NCBI GenBank assembly: GCA_013265495.1
Contig: MU061578.1
Span: 2,117,308 to 2,181,307 of the forward strand
Direction: 5' to 3'
Length of the DNA: 64,000 nt
Origin: Vicugna vicugna
Taxonomy: Eukaryota
The stretch's first letter is position 1, and every line of letters begins with the position of its first letter. A program made the translations under genes and the position numbers. Positions 1 to 12,090 of this stretch are shown in pieces. The notes under the pieces were generated by a model, which ran no database searches, was not told the DNA's origin, and saw only the letters and a list, made by a program, of their open reading frames with translations.

Positions 1-27
1 GGAAAAATAAAAAGAGAAAAAGAAGGT

Positions 28-149
28 GGGGGTGTAGATATTTCAGTGGTATAACACATGCTTAGCATGCAAGAGATCCTGAATTCAATCCCCAGGACCT
101 CCATTAAACAAACAAACCTAATTACACCCCCCCCAAAAAAGAAAAAGAT
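28..149 (+). mobile_element. Camelid-type tRNA-derived SINE (vic-1-like)
   Basis: tRNA-like head (TCAGTGGTA...GAATTCAATCCCCAG), tail CCTCCATTAAACAAACAAACCTAATTAC, A-rich end; possible TSD AAAGAAGG at 19-26 and 150-157. Confidence 0.8.
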
Positions 150-159
150 AAAGAAGGAA

Positions 160-595
160 TTCTGTGAGGTTAGAAAGGTCATCTAAAACAAGACTCTAAG
201 ATTTCATGAAATATAATCTCACATAAAAACGAGCAACAGAAGAGAATCACAGGCATATTTCATACAAATTTATTAAGAGGGAAAAAAAGATAGGATAAAC
301 AGCCAAGTAAAATCCCTACAGGTAAAAAAAGCCTTGCAGCTAGGTATTGTCAGAAATAAGATCAGCATCATAACCTACTATTTCTAAACATGCCCAAAGG
401 CAACAATAAAGTGATGTAAGATATGGAGAACAACATAAATCAGCGTTAGAAAAGTTTAGAAAAGAGGTGACAGAATTCAAGAATTATCAAGAAAAGAAAA
501 ACATAATGTCAGTAACTGAAAAATAAACTAGAAACATCATGAGGGAAAAGAAACATGAAAATAATGCCTCCAGAGAAACAAAAAAAATGTTTAAA
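160..595 (+). mobile_element. Old L1/HAL1-like A-rich fragment (ORF1-region-like)
   Basis: Strong A bias typical of the L1 sense strand; no intact frame. Confidence 0.45.
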
Positions 596-639
596 TGCCA
601 GTGTGTAACCACCCAGAGTTCTCTTTTCCCTCTGACCCA

Positions 640-798
640 GCAGCTGGCAGTGCTGGGGATGTCACCTTGGATCAGCCCCACTGGGAACCCACAATAGACA
701 CATAATGTGAGCAAGAATGAAACCTTGGCTGTATTAAGCTCTATGGATTCGGAGCTTGTTTGTTATGGCAGCATTGCCTAACCTAAACTGACTGATAC
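640..798 (+). mobile_element. MLT1 (MaLR) LTR 3' fragment
   Basis: TTGTTTGTTATGGCAGCATTGCCTAACCTAAACTGACTGATAC resembles the MLT1 3' terminus. Confidence 0.7.
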
Positions 799-1499
799 GG
801 GCATCTGACACATTCCTAGATAAACAGGCAGATTCTTACAAGTCTTTTGAAAGCTGTGATGTATCTTTCAAGCATAAAAATACAATTTCAAATCTGAACT
901 CACATATATTGTAATTAGCAATACACAATGCAGTGGTAAATGAGTAAAATGCCATTCTCTCTTGACTAATTTAACCCTTTCTAAATTCATGACTCAAGTG
1001 GAGGCAATTACTTCCCAAGCATTAAAAGACCACAATGAGCTAATAAGATCCTTGTGGAGGCCCAAAGCTAAGCTCTATCAGGTAAAAATAATTTCTTTCT
1101 TTCAAGGGAACATATTCACCATTATCATTAACAATAAAATCCCTCACTTCTCATATCTTAGGTTCTGGATTACTGAGAAGGAAATGATACAATTCCTAAT
1201 CTAGAGGTTGGAAAGCAGGGCACACAGATTTTATTACCACTTTTATTACCATCATGATTAATTATAATAGTCACCTTCTACTCTCAGTTAGCCACTGTTC
1301 TGAGTGCTTTATATACAGTAATGAAAATATTTGTTCAGTGATGAATGAATGAATGATGTGGGGTTTGAAAAGGGTTTTAAAGGAAACACAGCATTTATAC
1401 CAGTGGAGACAAAAGGGTGAAGACATTGTAGTCAGAGGGGATGGTACAAATAGAACAAGGGAGATGGGGATTACATGCCACATAAAGAGAAAGTGAATA

Positions 1500-1725
1500 A
1501 GCATCTTTGGCAGGAAATGGAATTTAGACTTAATCTTCTAGATAAAGAGGATCCACGGAAAGCTTTAGACCAGGGCTGGGATGACAAAGCACTCTTCAAA
1601 GAAAACTATCCTAGCTGCTGTACAGGATAAAGATTAGAACAGAAGGAGACAGGAGTCAGGGAGACAAAATAGGAGACTGTTGCAAAAGTTCAGCCTTAAT
1701 GGGATATGAGCCTTGCCAAAGAGTT
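1500..1725 (-). mobile_element. L2 fragment
   Basis: GGAGTCAGGGAGACAAAATAGGAGACTGTTGCAAAAGTTCAG resembles antisense L2. Confidence 0.65.
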
Positions 1726-1739
1726 AGGTGTAAAGAGTG

Positions 1740-2079
1740 GGTCTTACTAAGTTTGGGCCAATGACATGTGAATAGAATGTGACGTGGGACCTCTGGGAAG
1801 TCTTCTTAAAAAGAGGAGGCGCATCCTTCTTTGCTTCTTCATTGATTGTACTGCCTGAAACATAAAACTGATGGCTGGATCTCCAGAGGCTATTTTGCAC
1901 CACGAGGACTAGAGCCAAAGGATTTTGAAACAAAGGGCTGGAGCTACATTCATGGAGCTATCATACTAACCAAGGACTGCCTGCTTCTGGACTTCTTTTG
2001 CATCAGAGAAACACAAACATTTACCTTAAGTTACTGTTATTTGGAGTTTCTATTGGATGTACCTGAATCTAGTCCTACA
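1740..2079 (+). mobile_element. MLT1J/K-like LTR
   Basis: GGCCAATGACATGTGA...CTGGACTTCTTTT...TTAAGTTACTGTTATTTGGAGTTTCT MaLR hallmarks. Confidence 0.7.
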
Positions 2080-2124
2080 GGACAGGGCAGGTTAGAGAAC
2101 AAGCCCAAAAAATATAGTTTGGGG

Positions 2125-2320
2125 TATGGGTTAAGGATTTGTGTCCCACCACCTGAGTTTAGATTCTGGCTCTGCCGCTCAGTAACTTTAGAAGCTTAAG
2201 CAAGTCTCTCAGTTTCAAAAAGGGTTAAATGTGAAATAATAATAGTTAGTAGCTACCTAATGGGACTCTTGGGATGACTAAATGTGGTGACCGGGGTAAA
2301 ATGCTCAGGATGCTCTTTGG
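2125..2320 (+). mobile_element. MIR SINE
   Basis: CTGAGTTTAGATTCTGGCTCTGCC...CTCAGTTTC core. Confidence 0.7.
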
Positions 2321-3601
2321 TGCCACTTTTATTAAGTGATGTAAATTAAAGTGGGATGCGCTGTCCCCAAAGAGAAGAAGACACACAATTCTTGGGGAGA
2401 AGGTATGAGAGAGAATGGGATGACCACTTTAGCTAGGAGGTTGGGGGACATTAGAAAAGCTTCTTGGTAAACTCATGTCTCAGTCTTCCTTGTCCCCTTC
2501 CAGAGCCACCCTTGTGCTGTGAAGGTGAAAAGCACAGAGAAAGTGGGTTGCTCAGGCCTCCTGGCTTCTGGCCACCTTGGGATGGGACCTTTGACCACAA
2601 TTCCAGTTCCACATCCTGTTTAATGGGCTTATGGGCAACACTTTATCAACGGTCTATCAACACCATTGATCTTCGTGTTCCAGGAAATGCTGTGCTGTTG
2701 GGAAGAAGAGGCTCTTGGCTTCATTTCTGCATAAAAGGGTCTGATTAAATCAAAGGGATATTTGGCTCTTCAACATGTTGGGGTTGATAAACAGTGACAG
2801 GGTTGGGGAGGGAGTGGGGCTGGAGCTCTGTGAAGTGAAAACTCTTTCAGGGAAACCAGGCCACTTCTAAACTCCCCAAACATTTCATGAGGAGATAGAA
2901 AGTTCTGAGATATGCCTGCTCTATGAAAGGCATGAATCATTGATTAACACTTAAAAAGGCAAGAAAAAAAAATGGGTGGAAATGCCTGGAGTTTAATTAC
3001 AAATGTAGTTATAGCTCCATGTGGGGGTATGTTTGAAAATGACATCATCATACTCTGTATCTTGAGTTTGATGTGACAGTTTTGGGCGGGGGGAAGAAAA
3101 TGTCCTATGGGAGAAGCGTGGGATTGGGACTAGCCTGAAATCTGATAGATTTGTCACATTCCTCCACTTAGTAACAATATCTTTACTGAAAAGTGAAGCT
3201 GTGGTAAGAATTACGTGAAATGACATAGATAAAAGGGCTCAGTGAACCCTGGGTCCTTCTCATCTAAAACACATGTTGATGGCCTGATGGAGCTGGAGGA
3301 CAAGGAGAGAAACCCACTGACAATGTCTTTAGGACCGGCAGGCATCTTTCTTTTTTTGAGTGAACTTTGCTATTCCTTACAGATTCTTACAGCTCAATCC
3401 AGACTCAACTGTGTTTTTGCTTTATGTTTACCAAGTGATTCCCACCCCCTACCCTTGTCATAAGTTAAAATAAAGAAACTCTGTTTTAGACTTTTTGACT
3501 TTTTCCTGTTATCTCCTACCTACCAAATGAAGACTGTTCCTCTTAGAAAATATCCCTGTATCTGAACAAGAAGGCTGCTAGATGAATGCAATGAGGTGTT
3601 C

Positions 3602-3724
3602 TTATGGACTGAATGTTTGTGTCCCCCCTCCGCCAAATGCATGTGTTGAAGCCCTAACCCCCTACGTGATGGTGTTCAGAGATGGGACTCTTGGGATGTA
3701 ATTATGTTTAGATGAGGTCATGAG
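3602..3724 (+). mobile_element. MLT1A/B LTR 5' fragment
   Basis: TTATGGACTGAATGTTTGTGTCCCCC...GATGAGGTCATGAG start of MLT1. Confidence 0.8.
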
Positions 3725-3745
3725 CACGGTTCAGTGGTTTAATAA

Positions 3746-4056
3746 GGTCCAGTCTGAAAGCTGCAGCGTAGAGGCCCAAGAAGAGCCAATTTTTCATTCA
3801 AGTCCAAAGGTGGGCAAAGACTGATGTCTGAGCTCAATCAGTCAGGAGGAGGAGTTCCCTCTTACTCAGCCTGTTTGTGCTATCTGGGCCTCAACTGATT
3901 AGACGAGGCCCACCACATTAAGGAGGTCAACCTGCTTAATTCAGTCCACTGAATCAAACGTTAATCTTATTCTAAAACACCCTCCCTGACATGCCCAGAA
4001 TAGGGTTTGACCAAATGTCTGGGTATCCCAAGCAACGTATAAAATTAACCGTCACA
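3746..4056 (-). mobile_element. MLT2 (ERVL) LTR, partial
   Basis: Ends ATAAAATTAACCGTCACA, the reverse of the MLT2 5' start; GATTAGACGAGGCCCAC motif. Confidence 0.8.
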
Positions 4057-5064
4057 ATATTTATGGACTGACTTATAAATTTATTTCAACAGTTCTTACC
4101 ATATGACAGGTATTCAACAAACATCAGATGTTGCTGTTCTTTTTCTTATTATTCTTAATAGTCTATTTCTTGCTGTTTCCAGGGTAGAAATGCCTGAGAG
4201 AATACATTGAGTTCTAAGTCACCAAAGAAAGACTGGCTGCTTTTTCATTAAAACTTTGTTCCTTCTTCAGGAACCCGCTGGCCAGATGGGGCCATTTGTT
4301 TAGAAACAGCAAGATCCTCCCGAAATTGTCAAGTTAGTCGGTCCACCCTCAGTCCTGGGAATGCTCTTTTCCTCCACAGCTCTCTGGAAATCTTGGCTAA
4401 GAAGTTACGAGGCTTCAGAGAGTGAGTGAGGGAAGCGCTGTAAACGCTGCCTCTGCAGTTTGGCCAAGTTCTGACTTACAGCTCGTGGCGCCCGCAATCA
4501 GGGGCTTGCTGAGAGTTGAGGGGTGTTCCTGACTGCTCTGCTAACTCGAGAGACCTCATCACATTTCTCAGAGCTGAAAATTTCTACTTAGGACCACAGA
4601 CACAGTGCCCTTCCTGGCCTGGCCCCGTGGAAGGTCATAAACAACTTTAATTAAGAACAGCTTCTATAATGGAGGACTCAAGATGCCACACAAGGGCACT
4701 GCGAGCATCTGTGAAATTAGGATGAAAAATCTCCCTGTTTTGTACCTTCGCTGAGATCATTTTCTGCTGGGCTGAATGTTTCTCTCCCAGCAGTGTCCAG
4801 CAGTGGTGCTGAACAAGGACCCCTGGCACCACCTGCTCATGCCAACTCATTCCCAGCCCCCTCCCTGTCCCGGGCTGAGCTTCACCAGAGGATGTTCCCC
4901 TCAAGGGGCCTGTCCCATCTATCCTGACGTGGTTCATCCCAAAGCAGGGGGCTTGTCCCAAGCCCAGGAAAGCCCTTCCCTCCACTAGACCATGGCCAGC
5001 CAGCTGTGGTAAAGCATTTATCAAACTGAGGTATTAAATTAAAACTGAGAAATATACACCGGAG

Positions 5065-5502
5065 CACAGTTTCTCCGTCTTGGCACTGTTGACACGTGGG
5101 CTGGGTAATTCTTTGTGGTGGTGATGGTGGGGGTGCGGGGAGGTGTCCTGTGAATTGGAGGGTATTTAGCAGCTTTTCCTGGTCTCTACCCACTCGATGC
5201 CAGTAGCACGGGCCATCCCAGTTGTCTCCAGACAAGGAAAGCTGTCTTCAGACATTTCCAGTTGTCCCTGGGGGGAATATGGTTGCCGGATGTGATAAAT
5301 AAAAATACAGTTTGCCCAGTTAAATTCGAATTTCAAATAAACAACCAACCTGTTTCAATATGAGTATGCCTATAAAATCTTTAAGACACACTTGCACTAA
5401 AAAATTGTCATCTAAAATCCAACTTCAACTGGGCATCTTCTATTTCATCTGGTGACCCTACCTGAGGGGGAAAATCACCCCTCCTGCAGGTGAGGAACAT
5501 TG
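5065..5502 (-). mobile_element. MER20 hAT MITE, interrupted by MER53
   Basis: CTGGTCTCTACCCACTCGATGCCAGTAGCAC is the reverse MER20 core; element resumes at 5461. Confidence 0.85.
5278..5460. mobile_element. MER53 palindromic hAT MITE
   Basis: TIRs TATGGTTGCCGGAT / ATCTGGTGACCCTA; internal GCCCAGTTAAATTCGAATTTC mirrored by CAACTGGGC. Confidence 0.85.
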
Positions 5503-5503
5503 T

Positions 5504-5895
5504 CCCAGGGTACTTGATCTTACTGCATATTACAATCACCTGATACGCTTTTAAAATACACCTAACCCCTGAACAATTAAACCAGAATCCACTGGGTCGG
5601 GGCCAGGTCATGGGTAATTTCATTTTTTTAAATCACCCCAGGAGATTCTACTACGCAGCCAGGTTGAGAAAGGCTGCTACTATTTTTCCAAAAATTCCCT
5701 GATGATAATAGTAATATCTGGAGCGCTTGTCAAAATAAACCAAAACCAAAACCAACAAACAAAAGTTTCCTAGTCACCAGCACAGACCTACTTGAAATCT
5801 AATTCTCAGGGGCCAAGGCCTGATAACCCTGTATATTTACTACGTGTTTCAGGTGATTTTAATGAGCAGGTAGGTATGGGAAGCCATGCCCTGGA
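5504..5895. mobile_element. Two adjacent MER5-family (hAT-Charlie) MITEs
   Basis: CCCCAGGAGATTCTACTACGCAGCCAGGTTGAGAA and CAGGTGATTTTAATGAGCAG motifs. Confidence 0.7.
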
Positions 5896-5899
5896 GAAA

Positions 5900-6460
5900 C
5901 TCACAACTGTGCATGGAACACTCATACTGACCATGGTTGTCCAGGGAACACACAAATCTGCATTTGTGGGAGAAAGGCTACATAAATGGCAGCAGAGCCA
6001 CACCACAGAACATTATGTAGAAGTGGACTGAATAATGTACAGCTGCATGCATCAGCATTGGTACTTATAGGGAATACAATGTTAGATAAACATAAACCAA
6101 AAAAAACTTTTTTGTAACACACAAAAACAAGTGACTCTTAACAATAAATTCCTTGCATCTTTAAAGATACGTAATGTCTACTAAGCCTATAAAATGGGAA
6201 AGATAAAATCACAATCCAAGGAAGTGGTTACGTGTAGAGATGAGCCAGGGGAATAGGCTCATGGAGGTAGACTCAAAGGTATTGGTAACCATCCCATTCT
6301 TTAGTGGTGTGGTGGGTTCTAGGGTCTTCATTTTAATATTAGGCTCCAAAACTTGCATGTAACCAAAAAACTACTTTGTATGCATCAATCTTACATAAGA
6401 AGATTACATGTGGTATGTATATATACACACACATATGTTTAAGTTTATATCATTTTTAAT
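5900..6460 (+). mobile_element. L1ME-like 3' fragment
   Basis: TACAGCTGCATGCATCAGCAT...AATGTTAG and GGTGGGTTCTAGGGTCTTCATTTT resemble the old L1 3' region. Confidence 0.6.
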
Positions 6461-7278
6461 GAAGACTTCGGAGCCCTTTCCCCTACTGATTCAGACTTCA
6501 CAAGTCTGAGTGAGGCATGAAAATCTTCATGTTTGATAAGCACCAGGTGATTCTGACACAGATTGTAGCTAGATTATACCTTGACATACACTGATGGGAA
6601 GGGAATCACGCTTGAAGTGGGAAGACTTGTGCTAAAAGCCCAGGTTTACCTGTGGGGCTTTGGGTAAGTCACTTGCCCTCTCTGATCTGTAGGAAAGTGG
6701 CTATAATCCAAATATATTGGCTTGGGTTGGATGCTCCTCCTGCCTAATTCCATATCACCTCCCAATTCCCTCTCTCCTGGCACTTGGAACTCTGCAGGGA
6801 AGGTATTCGCTGCACTGAGTTTTCCTGGAGGGTAGGACTCTGCTTCCAACACATCTTTGCCCCGACCCCCAACTCTGAGATAAGCCCCCAGAAGATGGCT
6901 AATAAATTTTTACTGGACTTAGCAGGAACACAGATGGAAACAGAGCAAGTTCAAGGCAAAATGATCCTTGAGGGGCTCCCACTGGCTAGACTCAGGACAA
7001 TTTAAGAGTCAAAAAGAATCACGACAGCAATGATTATAACACGTTAAATAACAAGAAAGAATCTATAAGGTCATAGTGATACTCAAAATTTGGGGTGGGA
7101 GCACTCCTTTACAGAAGAATGCCAGCTAATAAATGTAGAAGGGATAATGGTGTTTGAAAACCACCATTGTGTAACTTACAATGCTGAAATTAACTCAAAT
7201 CAAAGATCACCAATGGATGCTAAAATCATCCTGTTGATAGGGAATGGGGCACTCACACCATCTCAGCATCGCTCTATG

Positions 7279-7452
7279 GCAGGGCCAGCTTCATGGGCAT
7301 TCTGTACAGTTGAGTAGAGATTCATAGTTAGAAGGACCCTGGGCTCAGTTTAATGTTCTGTTGTCTGTCTTGACATTCTTGATCATTTTTGAACAAGAGG
7401 GCCCACACTCTTACATTTCACTGGGTTTTGCAAATTCTGTGTCCATTCTTGC
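7279..7452 (+). mobile_element. MER91A hAT-Tip100 MITE
   Basis: CAGGGCCAGCTTCATGGGC start; TTTTTGAACAAGAGGGCCC internal motif. Confidence 0.75.
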
Positions 7453-7681
7453 CCATTACAGAAAGAAAAGTCTTTACCCTGGAGAATTTCGGAGAACATC
7501 ACCTTAACACATGATTAAACCTATCCCTACCAATCTTTGGGACAAACTAAAAGCATGAGCCTATGGATGTGATGCACAAAGTGATACCCACATTACAGAT
7601 GCAACATTACAGATGCCAAAAGTTATTTACCTGAATCTCATTGAGGGAACCTGACCAGCCAGATCATGAGACACGTCATAG

Positions 7682-8307
7682 CAGTGGTCTTCTAGCTTTA
7701 GCTTATGTTCAAACTCTTTGGAAGCCTTCTTCAATCACAGAGTGCTGACTCCACTTCCATAGTTTCTGATTCAGGAGGTCCAGGTCTGAGGATGCATGCT
7801 TTCACTGAGTTCCTGGGTATGAGGGTTAATTTTATGTCAACTGGCTAGTCTATGGGATCCAGGAATTTGGTCAAACATTATACTAGATGTTTCTGTGAAG
7901 GTATTTTTTTTTAAGATGAACATTTAAATTGGTGGACTTTGAATAAAGCAGATTACTCCCCATAATGTGGGTGGGCCTCATCTAATCAGTTGAAGGACTG
8001 AATAGAACAGAGACTGACTTCCCCAAGCACAAAGTAATTCTGCCAGCAGACTGCCTTTGGGCTAGATAGAGCTGCAACAATGGCTCTTCCCTGGGTCTCC
8101 AGACTCCTGGCTCACCCTGAAGATTTCAGATTTGCCAGCCTCAATAATAGTATGAGCCAATTCCTTAAAATAAATTTCTTCCTCTCTATCTCTCTCCCTC
8201 TCTCTCTCCCTCTCTCTCTCTACCTCGTCTTGTTTCTGTTTCTCTGGAGAATATACAAGGGAATGCTGATACTGCTGGTTGAGGGATCACATTTTGAGAA
8301 CCACTGT
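7682..8307. mobile_element. MER5A, interrupted by an MLT2 LTR
   Basis: CAGTGGTCTTCT start; ends CACATTTTGAGAACCACTG. Confidence 0.75.
7818..8257 (+). mobile_element. MLT2 (ERVL) solo LTR
   Basis: GGTTAATTTTATGTCAACT start, GTGGGTGGGCCTCATCTAATCAGTTGAAGG, (CT)n, TTTCTGTTTCTCTGGAGAA..ACA end. Confidence 0.85.
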
Positions 8308-8556
8308 TCTCCAAAATAAGTGGCCTAGACTCTTCTAAATTATCACTATTATAAAACACCAACAACAAAAAAGTAGATGAATCTTTCTAGATCAAAGGAG
8401 ACTAAAGAGACATGACAATCAAATGCAATGTATGAACTTTGGATCCTGTATTTAAAAAAAAAACATATAAAGGCTATTTCTGGGGCAACTGGGGGAATGT
8501 AGATCATATAGGCTATGTATTAGATAATATCATTGTGCAAATGTTACATTTCTTAG

Positions 8557-9238
8557 GGTATATTTTTAGGTTTATTTATTTATTTATTTAAAATACTAGG
8601 GGGATTTTTTAAATTGAAGTACAGTCAGTTACAATTTGTCAATTTCTGATGTATAGCACAATGCCCCAGTCATGCATATATATACATATATTCATTTTCA
8701 TATTTTTTCATTAAAGATTATTATAAGATATTGAATATAGTTCCCTGTGCTATACAGAAGAAATTTGGTTTTTTTAAATCTATTTTTATATATAGTGGCT
8801 AACATTTGCAAATCTCAAACTCCCAAATATATCCCTTCCCACCCCTTTTCCCCTGGTAACCATAAGATTGTTTACTATGTCTGTGAATCTGTTTCTGTTT
8901 TGTAGATGAGCTCATTAGTGTCCTCTTTTTTCCTCTTTTTTAGATTCCAAGTATAAGGGATATCATATGGTATTTTTCTTTCTCTTTCTGGCTTACTTCA
9001 CTTTGAATGATGATCTCTAGGTCCATCCATGTTGCTGCAAATGGCATTATTTTATTCTTTTTTATGGCTGAGTAGTATTCCATTGTATAAATATACCACA
9101 ACTTCTTTATCGAGTCATCTGTCGATGGACATTTAGGTAGTTTCTATGTCTTGGCTATTATATAGTGCTGCTATGAACATTGTGGTGCATGTGTCTTTTT
9201 GAATTAGAGTTCCCTCTGGATATATGCCCAGGAGTGGG
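8557..9238 (-). mobile_element. Young lineage-specific L1, 5'-truncated
   Basis: Well-preserved antisense L1 3' end (GTTGCTGCAAATGGCATTATTTTATTCTTTTTTATGGCTGAGTAGTATTCC); perfect TSD CATTTCTTAG at 8547-8556 and 9239-9248. Confidence 0.9.
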
Positions 9239-9554
9239 CATTTCTTAGCTTTGATCATAATATCCTGCTTATGTGGGAGAAGGTCCTTGTTCTTAGAAGA
9301 TGCAAACTCAAATACTTAGGGATGGCATGTCATTCAAGTCTGCAATCACTTTCTAAGAGTTCATCCAATAAAGAAAATAATGTGTGTATATGATGTATCT
9401 AGATACAAACTCACAGAGACTGAGAAAGAAAAAATGTCAAACAAACAAAATAAGGAATCACTGAAACACCTGGTATGTGTGATGTTCCTGTTAGGTGTCA
9501 GGGGTAAATGAATCAAACAGCACTCCCCCTCCCTAATGCTCTGACCTTCTGGTA

Positions 9555-10004
9555 TGTGTTAGTTTCCATAACAGATGATCACAAACTGGGCGGTTTAGAA
9601 CAACAGACATTTATTCTGTCACTGTTCTGGAGACTAGAAGTCCAAACTCAAGGTGTCAGCAGGGTTGGTGTCTTCTGGATGCTCTGAGGGAGGATCGGGT
9701 CCACACCTTTCTCCTCACTTCTGGCAGCTCCCAGCAGCCCTTGGTATTCCTTGGCTTGTAGACACATCACTCCAATCTCTGTCTCTGTCATCACCTGGCT
9801 TTCTTCCCTGTGTGTCTCTGTGTCTCCAAATTTCCCTCTTTTATAGGAATACCAGTCATTGGATTACAGCCCACACTTTAATCCAGTATGATGTCATCTC
9901 AGCCTAACAGATTACATCTGCAGAGACCCTATTTCCAAACAAGATCACATTCTGAGGTCCTGGGTAGATATAAATTTGGGGAGAAGGGTCCCACTCAGGA
10001 TACA
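9555..10004 (-). mobile_element. MLT1C/B solo LTR
   Basis: AAACTGGGCGGTTTAGAACAACAG...GATTACATCTGCAGAGACCCTATTTCCAAACAAG. Confidence 0.85.
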
Positions 10005-10859
10005 GTGGGATCTGAGAAATAAGTGTCCAGGTTCTTGGACCAGAGCGCTGAGGGAGAAGGTAGCCAGGAGCTTGAGGACACATGTCTCCCACAAAAGCCC
10101 TGGCCCCTTCTTTCCTAGAAATCAGTATGCAGTGCAGGGACAGCCATGGTACAACATCAGTAGCACAAAAGCCCCTGTCAGATCCTTAACCTGCCAGCCC
10201 AGCTTTGTAGGCTCAGTTTATCATGCAGGATGACTCCTTCCTCCCTGTATGGCAAACAGGCTGCTTTTGAGCAGCACTTTAAGGAGAGTGGTACCACTGC
10301 TCTCTTCCCATTGACCCACCTCCTTGGAAACATGGGTCTTGCCAAGTCCACCAGCCCCTGCCTGTCACCCTTCTATAGCTGCCCATCCTGAGCAGCATGG
10401 TTCTCACTGAAGAGTTTCAGCCATGAAAATGTATGAACATATGTCCTCAGCTTCACAGTCAAAAGGGAATCCAATCAAGAATCTGGTGATGCATTTGCAA
10501 ATTAAAAAAAAATGTGTACCATAATGATCAGAGCCATTCAAACTAATAATTACATAAACTCCTGTTATGGGTGGCATGGTAATTACAGCAGGTACTTCTA
10601 GCAAATTTAAAAAGCAACTTAGGTTTCCATTTCCATCCTGAAGAATGCAATAAGCAGGTGCGTCCCTGCGCTGCCAGGTGGAGAAACCCCCTTAGAAACT
10701 GAGAGAGTGAAACGAGTCCAGAAAGCTCAATTCCCAGGCCCCCAGGATGGCAGGAAATTTGTTACGGAGAAGATGCTGGGAGTAACAGTAAAAGTGTCTG
10801 AAGCCGCAGTGTACAACGCAGGTTTGTAACGGGGGTGCCCATCTGAGGGGTACCAGACG

Positions 10860-11285
10860 CCCTCCTCCTTGCCCACTGTGCTTTGACCTTGCTGGCCTCC
10901 TTTCTGCTTCAGGAATATCCCACGTGAATTCCTGCCCCGGGTCCCTTGCGCTCGCTGTTTCCCCCACGTGGAATGCGCCCCCCCATGCCTTCCTCAGCTC
11001 AGGTGTACCTGTCGGAGAGGCTTCCCAACCACCTGCACCAGGTGTTATCCCCGCACCCTGTTCAACTGTCTCCCTGTCCCTTACTCAGGCTGATTATACC
11101 TGATAATTCACGATTTTTAACATCTGCATTCAGGGTCTGCCTCCCATGCTGGAACATAAGCTCCATGAGAGCAGAGACCTTGGCTGAGTTTTCACGGCTC
11201 CAACCGAAGGCCCAGCAGTGCATTTGGCACTTGGTTGGCATTCAATAAATGTCCACGAGTGAATAAAAAAGTATGAATGAAGGAG
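10860..11285 (+). mobile_element. L2 3' end
   Basis: AAGCTCCATGAGAGCAGAGAC...GGCATTCAATAAATGT...TGAATGAA tail. Confidence 0.8.
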
Positions 11286-11309
11286 TAAATCGATGAATAG
11301 AGGCTCACA

Positions 11310-11460
11310 TCTGTTACTTGGGCCTCGTACAACCCCGAGGGAGGGATTGTCAGTATCTTCTTTTTGCAGATGAGAAAACTGAGATTTAGAGACATTCAGG
11401 CATCTGCCAGCAGCATCAGCTCTGACGCGGCAGAGCCTGGCCCTTCAGCCTGGGGCTTCT
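11310..11460 (-). mobile_element. MIR
   Basis: TTTGCAGATGAGAAAACTGAG core. Confidence 0.7.
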
Positions 11461-11889
11461 GTGAGCTTTCTCCTGCATCGTGCAGTGTCAAGACGTGTGG
11501 GCTGGGCTACTTCCAAGCTCTAAGGGAAAGGGAGAGAGGGGTGGCTAGTGAGTGAGCTGGGTGCTAACAGCACAGTCCTGTCTCCACCCCTATCCTTCTG
11601 ACAAACAAAACGGCTTCCTTCCAGTCCAGCCCCAGTGTGGACCGTCTGTTCTGGACTAGATTTGAGGACAGGGTTTCTGGCATCTCCATCTGTCTCTCAC
11701 CCGATGTCAGACACACTATCGCAGGGGCTCAGGAATATTGACTGTGAGTCTAGACTTCTCATCGACTAGCGAGTCAAGGATGCCCAGACGCTTTGGAGCT
11801 GGGATGTGAATTCCAGAGCCTCACTGGGTAGCTCCCTAAACCCATCAAGATCTGGGGAAGTAATGGGCGGTGGTGGGTAGCGGAGGATT

Positions 11890-12090
11890 GCTGTGTGTTC
11901 TGATCCCGGCTCTGCTTTAACGTTGTGACTCCAGGAGTTTTCTCATTTCTCTGAACCTGTTTCCCCTCTCCAAAAGGGCATTGTACCCACACTCATTTTA
12001 GAGGGTAGTGGGGATTAGAATATGTCAGTCAGCTAAAGCTCTCAACCCAAAGCCTGCACATGCTGGAAAGTCAGTAAATATCATCATCAT
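11890..12090 (+). mobile_element. MIR
   Basis: TCCCGGCTCTGCT...CTCTGAACCTGTTTCCCC. Confidence 0.55.

Larger units (their letters stand above)
6915..9420 (+). mobile_element. L1MC-like 3' region, split by several nested insertions
   Basis: GAATGCCAGCTAATAAATGTAGAAGG, GAGACTAAAGAGACATGACAATCAAATGCAATG and TCCTTGTTCTTAGAAGATGCA are collinear pieces. Confidence 0.7.
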
